64,000 nucleotides of DNA from Squalus acanthias (GCA_030390025.1 CM059431.1:120716001-120780000), one strand, 5' to 3'; shown: positions 53,387 to 63,275, counted from the first letter of the stretch. The notes: a model not told the origin generated them from the sequence alone. Translations and numbers: made by a program.

Positions 53387-55193
53387 ATGGCGACCGCGGC
53401 AGGACGCTGGCAGCGAGAGGGTAATGTGTTAGACTTTGGTATGAATGTACGAAATGTCATGCAAGAGAAAATAGCAGATTATGTGTTCGAAAAAGTAAAT
53501 TTGACTAAGAAATGGATAAGTGACCTGTTAGCGGATAAGAGTCCACTAGAGGCAGCCGAGAGGTGGACAGATAGTAAGGAACATAAAAAGACAGTCGAGA
53601 AAGCGGTCTGGTTAATGTGTTATAAAAGGCAGGTCCAGATTTCAAACCAGGTCATTACAGCGCAAACAGCTCGGATCAGGCATTTAGAGGAGGAAATGGA
53701 CGAGAAGGTCACTGGGGGGGGAGTTGCTCATTAGGAATTTAAGTGCGTTGCACCGAGAACGCCAGGAAATCACCAGTCACCATAAAGCAAAAATAGATTA
53801 CCTCAAGTGCCAGGTCACTGAGGCAAAGTTAAGTGAGGGCAGACTAAAGGAACGATGTGCCCGCCAAGCTGCCCAAATAAAAGCCCAGGAAGAGAGCTTA
53901 ACGGGGGTTAGGGCGGCATTTAAGATGGCCCTTGAGGATAAGTTTCAGGGGGCCGATCATAGCATTTGCCAAAAGGAGATAGAGCACCTTAAAAGGGCCG
54001 TGAACAAAGCGCACGGCATAGTGTGCCTTATCAGTCCGTCAGCACACCAGCCACTAGTAGATGAGGAGTTTCAGAAATTCCCACCCAATAAAGCAAAGGA
54101 AGTATTAGCCACTACGCCCTCCGCGCCACCCAGCTATTCGGAAACCTGGGTAAGGGAGGAAGTAGTAGAAGAAACGAAAGAGCCCACTGAGGGAGAAGTG
54201 GAAAAGGGACCGTTGTGTCCGGTTACGGGTATAAAAAGGGGCCCAAACAGAAACGGTGGGGAACAAGGAGATCTCCTCAACCAGCTTGTGTTGCCTCACA
54301 GCTCACACCAGCTGAGGGTTATGATAAGTCACGTACGGAAGCTGACCGAGGCAGACGACCCTTCCGTACATTTCAGGGAAGTTGAGCAAACCGCAGCCAT
54401 TAACGGCTGCGACGATGGGGAAACAGCAAAGATGCTGTTATTTTCATTAGGTAGTTCGATCCTTCAGTGTCTCTCGGACGAGAGCAAGAGAGGAACCAAA
54501 AAATATGAGGCACTAAAAAATGAGGTCCTAGAAGTATTGGGGACGGACGATGAAGGTCCGTTTGTTAGAGTGGGACAGACAGTGCAGATGGAGGGAGAAC
54601 CCCCGAAGGTTTTCGCCGACAGGCTGTGGCCAGTATACCAGCGCAGCTGCCCAGGTGCGCCAGAGCGCGACGATGTGGAAGGCGTCGGTTTAGCTCATTG
54701 GCTCAGGTGTATAGTAGCCAACAGTTTGCCAGCCGTCAGAGAGCAGGCAAAAGCGTGGTTTGATCCCACTGACCCCAACATTACGGAGGAGTCGGTCTTA
54801 AATCGACTCACGGTAGGATACCGCAATATAAGGGGTATGGGAACACGTCCCCTTAAAGGAAAAGTACATGAGGTACGACCCGCAGCCCCGGCTCAAAAGG
54901 AGTGGCATCAGGAGGGTAACCGCGCCCCGCAGGCAAGTAATGCTTATTACGGGTGTGGGAGGACAGGGCACTGGCGCAAGAACTGCAGGAACCCTTGGAA
55001 GGATTCCAGGGATAAAAATCCCGCAGCCCGAGCCCAGATGCCTGTCTCTGTTAGGGAAGCTAGTGCACCCACCCCTCCCGACGACCTCGAAACAGTGTTG
55101 GGAGCCATGCGCAACTTCATGAGTGCGCATGGAAAAGTGGCGGTTGCTACCGGCCCCGTAGGTGCCACAGGCCCGTCTAACAATACCCAATGA
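53387..55193 (+). CDS. gag: Gag-like polyprotein (~600 aa if one G is removed from the G8 run at 53714-53721)
   Basis: ORFs 53387-53734 and 53724-55193 join on a 1-nt deletion; N-terminal coiled coil, PSAPPSY late domain, helical capsid-like region, zinc knuckle YYGCGRTGHWRKNC with the first Cys replaced by Tyr. Confidence 0.85.
53388..53405 (+). promoter_or_regulatory. Primer-binding site, tRNA-Arg (TCG/CCG type)
   Basis: TGGCGACCGCGGCAGGAC is the reverse complement of the vertebrate tRNA-Arg 3' end GTCCTGCCGCGGTCGCCA as recalled; it starts 5 nt after the LTR. Confidence 0.88.
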
Positions 55194-56339
55194 CTAGAGC
55201 CCACGCAGCCTGCCTACCTGTGTCCTTTTAAAAGACACGCACAGGAGGGGGTCTCCTGTGAGGAGGCCAGGTTAAAAGAGCAGGCCTTGCGGGAGGAGAA
55301 CGCCCGCTTAATAGGGAAAATAGATGGGCTAGAAGGGCAGCTTAGAGAGCAGGCCCTGCGGGAGGAGAACGCCCGCTTAATGGGAAAGTTAGACGTGCTC
55401 AGGCTAGAAGGGCAGCTTAGAGAAATAAAAGCAGCCTACCAGGTAGCCAGAAGCAGGGATTTAAATCAGTGCAAACTGTACAAGCCAGGTGCACAAGGGA
55501 AAACCACAGGGGCAAACCCTGCGAGTGGGGACTCGCAGCCCCAGGTAGGACCACAGGGCACACAGGCAGGAAGAGCAGCTTGCATCAGGGAAGGAGGCAT
55601 CCTGGAAAATTGTGAAACATTTTTGTGGGGTTGGGAGTCAGATGAGGGAGAGTTCCCGGAACTCGAGTCAGATGAGGATAGTGATGAGGACGAGTGGGAA
55701 TCGGGGAACGCAAGGGTCGCCCCCGATTCAGGTATAGGGAGGACAGGAGCTGCAGATAGAGATCCACACAGGGTGGACACCGAGGCTGCAGGTCCCGAAC
55801 ACAGGAGGGAGGAGCTAGGGGAGGCGGAGCCAGCCGCTGTGGGACCACAGGGCGTGACGGTGAAAACCTCAGAGCCCGAGCCGCCCGCCTTGAACGTCCT
55901 GCCCTCGAGAGAGGTAGGGATTGCGAGTGAAGGGCCGCCTGCTGGGCCGAGCAGGGCGGTGCCACAAGCTGCAAGTCCCGAGGTCAGGGAGGCGGAGTCA
56001 GGGGAGGCGGAGCCAGCGACTGTGGTGGGACCACAGGTCGTCCCGGTGGAAGTCTCGGAACCCGGTCCGTCGGTCCTGGGATTCCTGCCCCCGACAACTC
56101 CTCGTAGGTCAAGTCGAGCACCCCAGCCCAGGAAGATGTGGTCATGTCCCCAGACTGCCCCAAGGCGCAGGCTTAAGGTTAAGGCAGCCCAGGTAGGGCC
56201 CAGTCCCATCGCAGCAGCAACAGGCTGCGGCAGATCAAAGGAAGGGGTCAGTGCAGCAACAGGCTGCGGCAGATCAAAGGAAGGGGTCAGTGCCCTCCCA
56301 CCATCGGGAAGAACTCGCAGCAGCCTTCTCAGAATTTAA
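55194..56339 (+). CDS. ORF-X: in-frame readthrough extension of gag at the pol position, unknown function (~381 aa)
   Basis: No stop between the gag TGA and TAA 56337-56339; starts LEPTQPAYLCPF; no D(T/S)GA, YxDD, HHCC or DDE motifs seen. Confidence 0.75.
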   Translation, partial: LEPTQPAYLCPFKRHAQEGVSCEEARLKEQALREENARLIGKIDGLEGQLREQALREENARLMGKLDVLRLEGQLREIKAAYQVARSRDLNQCKLYKPGAQGKTTGANPASGDSQPQVGPQGTQAGRAACIREGGILENCETFLWGWESDEGEFPELESDEDSDEDEWESGNARVAPDSGIGRTGAADRDPHRVDTEAAGPEHRREELGEAEPAAVGPQGVTVKTSEPEPPALNVLPSREVGIASEGPPAGPSRAVPQAASPEVREAESGEAEPATVVGPQVVPVEVSEPGPSVLGFLPPTTPRRSSRAPQPRKMWSCPQTAPRRRLKVKAAQVGPSPIAAATGCGRSKEGVSAATGCGRSKEGVSALPPSGRTRSSLLRI

Positions 56340-56632
56340 AGGGGCCGCCCTGAGAACGGGCGGCGCTGTACAGTAATAAGTTTAGGATAAGTTTTAAGGT
56401 CATAGTTTAAGTTTACGTTTCTAAGTTTAAGGTTAAGAATAAGGTTAAGAATAAGTTTATAGTTTTAAAATCGGTTTAAGTTTGTAGTTTAATTTTAACA
56501 GAATATGATAAAATGATGGGAGTTTTAGATAGGTTTAGTTAAAGTTTATTCAGCGAACATGGAAGTTTCCGTGAGGCGAGGTCAGGGGACCCGCTCACCC
56601 TTTACAAAAGCCAGAGACTCTTGCGAGGCTGG

Positions 56633-56656
56633 CTAACTCATTCTATCTGATCACAG
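56633..56656 (+). promoter_or_regulatory. Putative env splice acceptor (branch point plus CAG)
   Basis: CTAAC-TCATTCTATCTGAT-CACAG, 13 nt upstream of the env ATG at 56670. Confidence 0.65.
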
Positions 56657-56669
56657 GAACCAAGGAAGG

Positions 56670-59020
56670 ATGGAACGAATTCTAGTATTGCTCGCGGCAA
56701 TCGGATGTGGGTTGGCCTATCGAGGCCGCACCAAGGATGTCGTGGTGTTTGGATGCTCCGGGGACACGGCCCCCATCGCGGTGGATGGGACCGGAAGACG
56801 GGAGGCTGAGGAGACCACCACCTATTTCCACAAGGGAAGGTGGCCAGGATGGCTGGGAACGAACTCAACGGAGTATTCCAGCACATCGGGGTTTGCCTAC
56901 CAAGAGACTTCTTTAATGTGCCCCAAAGTAAGGATCATCGCACCCAGGATCAGCGTCACCGTCGGCAAACGGATTTGTTTGACTTGTAATGGGAATGTCC
57001 CATTGAGCCGATGGTGGTGGCTGCGAAAGCTGAGCAAAAACATGAGGAACTCTTCGGTCGAGTGGGAACGACTGGGTAATAATACCCATCGGACAATTAC
57101 GGGGACAAACGGACAAGTGAGAGTCTGTTGGGACAAATGGTGGGAACCGGATGAGGGAATTTATGTACGCATGTGGGGGTCAAAGTACGCGTGCCCCAAA
57201 GGCATCTCCATATTTTTCATTAATCAATGGCAGGATAACGGACAGGGAATGAGGTGGGATGCGAGCACCAGGGGGTGCGGAGCCCCATACTCTTCGATCC
57301 CGGTAAATGCCACTGAACTCATTACGCGCCCACGCAAAGCCCCGCCCACGATTCCGGTGGTTCTAGCTAAAGAGGAAGGGTGCCCTAAAACCAGTAAGGG
57401 ACCCGGGAATGGTTTGGTACTGGTCCCCACAGACCAGATACTATTTCAGGGGGTACATTACGCGGTGGCCTCGGTGGTTTTAAATCTCACCGAGGTGCGG
57501 TTACCAGAGTGGCGCCCCAAAAAGACGGAACAGTTGTATCAGGTCCTGTTGACCAAGATGTTCAGACAATTTTACGAATTCGATTTCGCGGTAATTGATA
57601 AAACAAGTTTGTACACCGCACCACATGAAGTTTTGGATCAATTAGGGAGGCAAAGAAGGGGTGTAGTGAACGACGCGTTCACTGCTTTTAACACGGGTAC
57701 ATCTGTGGTCAACGCTCTAGATAGTGTGGAGCTGCAGACCCAGATTAATGGTTTAAAGACGCAATTAAAAGACATTCTAACAGATGAAAATAAAGTGGTT
57801 GGGTCGGGTTTACATGAGGACCAAGCCATGACTCTCCATTTAAAGGAAATTATAGCAGAGCTGGAGAAACACGCGAGAACGGTAAATGCCCTGATTAGGG
57901 AAGATCGGAATGCATCCGATCAAGCTGCGCAGAATGAGGTGTGCGTGCTTTACGGGGCGTGGTTACTGGGCGAGGGCCGCAGTAATTTGGAGGATTTAAA
58001 ACAAGGTTTGGTCCCGTCCTGGATAAGTAACAAACACCTGCGGGCGCTCCACCCTTTTCAGAACGCATTAAGCCCGTGCCAGCTCAGGCTAGCTTCAGAA
58101 GCATACCCAGTCCCCGTGGACTGCGGACGATCAAACCATACTATCATGGGTATAGTACTACGTATGCCGGTTTTGGGCGACACAGCAAAGCCCGCCCCGG
58201 TGTATCGGGTAGAGAACATTGGTGTCATTCAGGGGGGAGCCCACATTCGCTATGCAGCGGTTCCACCCTACGTCATCCGCTGGGAGCAAACGATGACAGG
58301 TACAGATCTCTCTGGTTGTCGTGGCAGGGGAGCACACATAATACTGTGTCCCCAGCACTTGAATGCCTTTTTAACACCACAGTGCGGGTTCAGAACGGCT
58401 GGCGCCAAGTCCATGAATTGCACCATGGAGGCAATGGCACAAGATCATGTGCCTCCGCAGGTAGCATACATCGGGGGTGGAACATATTGTGTTACCACTG
58501 CAGCGCAACACTACCAGCATGGAAACCGTAGCCGGTGTCCGGTGAGTGACAGCAGTTTCTGTTTCAAACCCAGGGCGGAAGTTCAAGTAGCACAACAGCG
58601 AATTGTCCCAATCCCTGAACCATCCACTGTTCATCTAACAGTAAAAGAGAATTTCACCGACTTGCAGCGATTCGTCGCGCATTTCGGATACATCATTCCC
58701 CCTCTCCCTGAACACCTCACCAAGCTTTTGAAAGCCATCGCGGTGTCACAAAAACATTTTTACACACTAGAGCAGAAAACTGTCGAAATAGGGACAGACA
58801 TTCTGGATATAGTAATTCCACCGTGGTGGAATCTGTTCACCAATATGAAGTGCCTTCATGGATCAGAATAGCCTCCCACATTTTAGTCGTATGCCAAGTT
58901 TTTATTGTAGTGTACCTATTGGTCGTACATTGTAAGAGAGGCAAACGCCTCACCAAGCACGAAAACACGGGAGAGTGGCGAGAACGTTACGTGCGCGTGC
59001 ACGATGAAAGCACCGTGTAA
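56670..59020 (+). CDS. env: Envelope glycoprotein (class I fusion type), frameshifted near 58846 before the TM anchor
   Basis: Signal peptide MERILVLLAAIGCGLA, Ig-like segment, furin site RQRR at 57648-57659, fusion peptide and heptad repeat; AATATGAA here versus AATATTGAA in copy 1. Confidence 0.9.
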
Positions 59021-59459
59021 TCGTAAAATGGCGTCACTCCCGCTTGCCACCTGCGCCGCGGAAGTGTTGTACTCGACCGTGATTTTTCGAAAACTGTAAA
59101 TACGTTTGGAACTCGACATGTTTTAGGAGTTGGTGTTGATTATTTTGGTGATGGTGTTGTAGTTAAAGATGATTGTTTGGTTTTGTTTTGCTTTTCCTTT
59201 CCCTAAATAAAAATATGAATATACAGGTGATACGAGAGGCATCGGCCTGGTTAAGCCTGGAAGGAAAACAAGTGGTGTAAGTTTAAAGGCAAATAATGCC
59301 GACGGTGCTATAAAATGTAATTTTCTTGGGAAATAAGGACGACACAAAAACCCTAGATAGTTTAAGTTATGGGATTAATTTTCTGGATCTGGAGAAATCA
59401 AGATAATATTGCTCACCACTATACTTTTTGATACGATAAGCGGAGTTATTCGCATCAAC

Positions 59460-59468
59460 AGGAGGGAC
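59460..59468 (+). promoter_or_regulatory. Short polypurine tract
   Basis: AGGAGGGAC directly before the 3' LTR; identical at 1620-1628. Confidence 0.8.
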
Positions 59469-61170
59469 TGTAGAATTCGCAATATATCACGATTTTATTA
59501 ATAAGGAGAAGAACACATAGTTTCGTTCAAACAGCTTTTATTTCAGCAGAATGCTGTCAGGTTTTCAAAGTGGACACAAGCAGCTTGTAAAATGGCCGCC
59601 ACGCCTCGTGGCAGAACATTCTAGACTTTTCGACAGGCAGACAAGATGGCGTTCCAATAAACATTTGTGCAAGATCGATCAAGACTCAGCACATTTAAGA
59701 TAATACACGAGACATCATGGGTTTACAGTATACACATAAATACTGAAATCGGTCTCCCAGGTGCGAATAAGGGCTATTGTACCAAGTAATCAAGAACCCA
59801 TCCAAAGACATTAATATGTAAAATCCCAACGACTCTATGATGAGAGAGCCGTTAGCGGGTAGTTACAGAAAACATTTGGAAGCCCCAAAACCCCTCCAGG
59901 GAGAACACCGACCGATTAAACAATGGGAAAAGTATTAACAGGTACTCAGACAGTTACGAGTATCCCCGAAACCCATTAAAACGAAGATCACCCTATACAA
60001 GAAATTTGAGCGCCAAACCCTAACAAAAGAAAAGACATTAAGGTTGGGCGGGAAAAGGGAGGATTTTGCACTATAACTGCAAGCTCCAACCGTCCATCTT
60101 TCTCTTATCCTCTTATTCGGTTGACGTTTATCCTCGTGGCTGCTCCTGTTGCTCTTATCCTTTCGACTCCTTGCCGCCTGCCTCGTGTCTCTGCCTCTTG
60201 CAGCTTTTAAAGACTGTTGAACTTTACGATCCGCTCGGATCTACCTCGTGGCGTGCCGCGAAGATCTGTGTGGAACTGGGCTCTGAAGCCTTGAAGCGGG
60301 CGCACCATCCCGAGAAGTCGGTAAACGGTGTTGGAACCGAAGGCCCGAGATGAGATGAGATGAGATGAGATGAGAAGAGAAGAAGACCATACGTATCGCC
60401 ACGGTCAGTAAGCTCCGACCGCGCCTGTAGGTCAAATAGACACTTTCCTTGCCAGGAAGACTTCTTCGAATTTTACAGAACTGCCAGGAAGACTATTCTT
60501 CGAATTTTATCGTATCCGTGCGAGGGCACAGGAAGACTCTTCTTTGAGCAGTGTCGGAACTCCGAGGACAACACAGATCTTCATGACAGCAGACGTTCCA
60601 GCCTGCTAGCCGGAGCAGAAACGAGTAAACAAGTGGGGTACAGAGACCCCTGATCGACACGTGGGTGCTGCGGTGAAAAACATCTGATCAGAGTTTTCGG
60701 AATTCTCCGAGTTATCACGAGTGGTGAGCATGAGTCTCGATCCTACAAATCTAGCTTAGGGCAGATATTGATAGGGGAGGGTTTAAGTTTTAAGGATAAT
60801 TGTAATGTGTGCCCCCATTTACGATGTGTCGTTCGTTCCTCGTTTCCCTGAAATTAGTTACATAACTGCGTGTAAGATTATACTGTCATTAATCTGTGCT
60901 TATGACATGTATTTCGTAATCTTAAATAATATGCAATAAAGATTTTCCATTTCGTACCATTCAACCGAGTCTACCTGAGTTTTATCTCCATTACTGCTCT
61001 CGCATCTAAGTCCAGTGTCAGAACCGTAAGGGCGAGTGGGTCGAACCACTCACAGGTGTCTAGTGCTCCCAGACTGGCTGGAGACCAGAACAGGCAACAA
61101 GGCCTAAACCCGCACTAGCATCCAGGCTGCACAGAGCCACACGAATCTCACAGGTTCAGAAACCCTTATA
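59469..61170 (+). repeat. 3' LTR (1702 bp; terminal CA changed to TA)
   Basis: Direct repeat of the 5' LTR with three differences seen by eye. Confidence 0.97.
60935..60940 (+). terminator. LTR polyadenylation signal
   Basis: AATAAA conserved in all three LTRs (3003, 53147, 60935), about 230-250 nt from the LTR end. Confidence 0.65.
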
Positions 61171-62700
61171 GATTTTAGAGCTGGAGGAGGTTAAGATAGG
61201 GAGGGGTGAGGCCATGGAGGGATTTGAACACAAGGATGAGAATTTTTAAATTGACGCAATGCTGGACCGGGAGTTAATGTAGGTCAGTGAGCACAAGGGT
61301 TGATAGGTGAATGGGACTTGTTGCGGGTTAGCATATGGGCAGAAAAGTTTAGGATGAGCTCAAGTTTAAGGAGTGTGGTAGATGGGAGACCAGCCAGGAG
61401 AGTATTAGAATTGGCTGGAGGTAACAAAAGCATTGATGAGGGTTTCATCAGCAGAGCAGTTGAAACAGTGGTGGATGATGGGTGGTGGTATGGAGGCAGA
61501 TGTAGGCGGTCTTTGTGATGAAGAGAATATGGTGTCAGAAGTTCAGCTCAGTGTCAAATAGGACACCGTAGTTGTGAGCAGTCTGAGATAGTGGGATAGT
61601 GCTCCACACGCACAGTCACATAGGCTGTAATTTGTGGCTTTGATTAGCATCGTTCCAATGCTGTGGTAAGAGTGGAAACCTGATTGGAGAGATTCAAACA
61701 TGGAGTTGCAGGAAAGATGGTCATGTATTTGGGAGCTGACAACACATTTGAGGACTTGAGAGAAAAGGGAGTTTGGACATACGGTGACAGAAGGGTCAAG
61801 GGTTTTTTTTGAAGAGGGGAATGCTGATGGCAGATTTGAAAGGGAGGTGACAATAACTGAGGAGAAGGAACCATTTACTAGGTCAGCTAGCACGTGGGGC
61901 CAGGAAGTGAAGTTGGGTGGTCAGCTGTTTAGTGGAAAAAGGGGCGAGAGAGCAGAAGAGGGCATGAGTGGAGATAAGAAAGAAACTAGAGATAGATGCT
62001 AGTTCAGGAATAGGGCAGGGGGGGAATCTTTGGGAAAGCTTGGCTTGGTGGGCACGGGAAAGGGATGGATGAAGCAGAGGCAGTTGAATAGATGGTCTCA
62101 ATTATAGTGGCAAAAAAGTTCATGAGCTCCTCGCATTTGTTGTTGGAGGTGAATGTGGAGGGGGCAGGGGAGAGTGGTTAAAGGAGATGGTTGATAGTGA
62201 AGAGAAGCCAGTGGTTATCTTTGCATTCTAGGCTGATCCTGGAGTAGTGAACATTTCTGGCAGAGGAGAGCAGCACCCAGTGGTGCTTGATGCGATCAAG
62301 CCAGATCTGGCAATGAATGACAAAACCAATGTGCCATATATGTTCAAGTCTGTGCTCCTTAGACGTAAGGGAGCAAAGATGATGGCCGTACCAGGGGGAA
62401 TGACCAGGGTGGGAGAGAGGAAATGTTTCACTGGGATCAAGGGCATCAAAGGTGGAAGTGATGGAGTGATTGAGCAGATCAACACCTGCAGATATATTGT
62501 GAGGAACAGAGGGCTAAAGGCTAGACAATTAGAAGTTTTAAAGAGAGTGGCAAGATTAGCACCCAGCACGTGCTCTGGGTGGAAAGGTCAGCAGGTGAGG
62601 AGGATGGCAGTTGGAGTTGCTGCTCGTAAGGAGGCAGCGACAAGTGCCTCGATGGATAAATGCAAGTCAGAGGACGTCATGACCAAACTGTTCAGTTCTG
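61171..62700 (-). mobile_element. Degenerate L2 LINE (right flank of the provirus)
   Basis: NSMFESLQSGFHSYHS resembles the L2 QSGFR..HSTETAL motif. Confidence 0.7.
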
Positions 62701-63275
62701 GTCACTGAGACACAGAGGAAACATTCAAGCACAGGAAATAGTGCAAAATAGAGCTAAAAGATTGATCCCTCGGGCCAATGGTCTAAGTTATGAGGACAAC
62801 AGAGAAGCCTGGGTTTTTCTGCCTGGAAATTCGGTGTCAGAGAAATTTATAGAGGTTATAAAAGAAAGTTGAGAGTGGAAAAGCTAAACTCTGAATATTA
62901 TTTGAAGTTAAATAACAAGAGTAGGACACAAGAGCATTGATTCAAACTAGTAAAAGGTAAATTTAGATTGGATGAATAGTCTTCATGTAAAACTATCTTG
63001 TAATCTTTGAATCATGGAAAAATCAGTAGGAATCACAAGGATAGCTAATGTGTGAATCGATGTTGGGGAAAAGAGAACAATTTTATAATGCAAAGGAATA
63101 GCTTAAAGTGTAAAATAAAAACTAGTTTATACAACTGGCTTGGGATCAAGGAATGTTTACTATTAAGAATGGCAACCTTTGAATTCAAGGTGGAACCTGA
63201 AGAAAAGTTCTCTGCCTTTGTCACAATATTCCCTTCTACTTTTTAATGCTTTACTATTTCTCTCCTTGAAATTTC

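Larger units (their letters stand above)
51681..61170 (+). mobile_element. Complete pol-less env-bearing LTR element/ERV, copy 2: LTR-PBS-gag-(TGA)-ORF-X-env-PPT-LTR
   Basis: Two 1702-bp LTRs; GATT TSD at 51677-51680 and 61171-61174; PBS, PPT, gag and env are all visible. Confidence 0.97.

Noticed and set aside
53714..53721. Programmed frameshift at the G8 run in gag
   Set aside because: It would need a +1 shift in the middle of a structural gene; homopolymer slippage or an assembly error is simpler.
55466..56209. 247-aa antisense ORF opposite ORF-X
   Set aside because: It starts at a non-ATG codon and is the expected shadow of a GC-rich low-complexity ORF; there is no independent support.
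56335..56364. TTTAAAG plus hairpin as a -1 frameshift signal at the end of ORF-X
   Set aside because: The heptamer is out of phase with the ORF-X codons (ATT TAA) and the downstream frames are full of stops.
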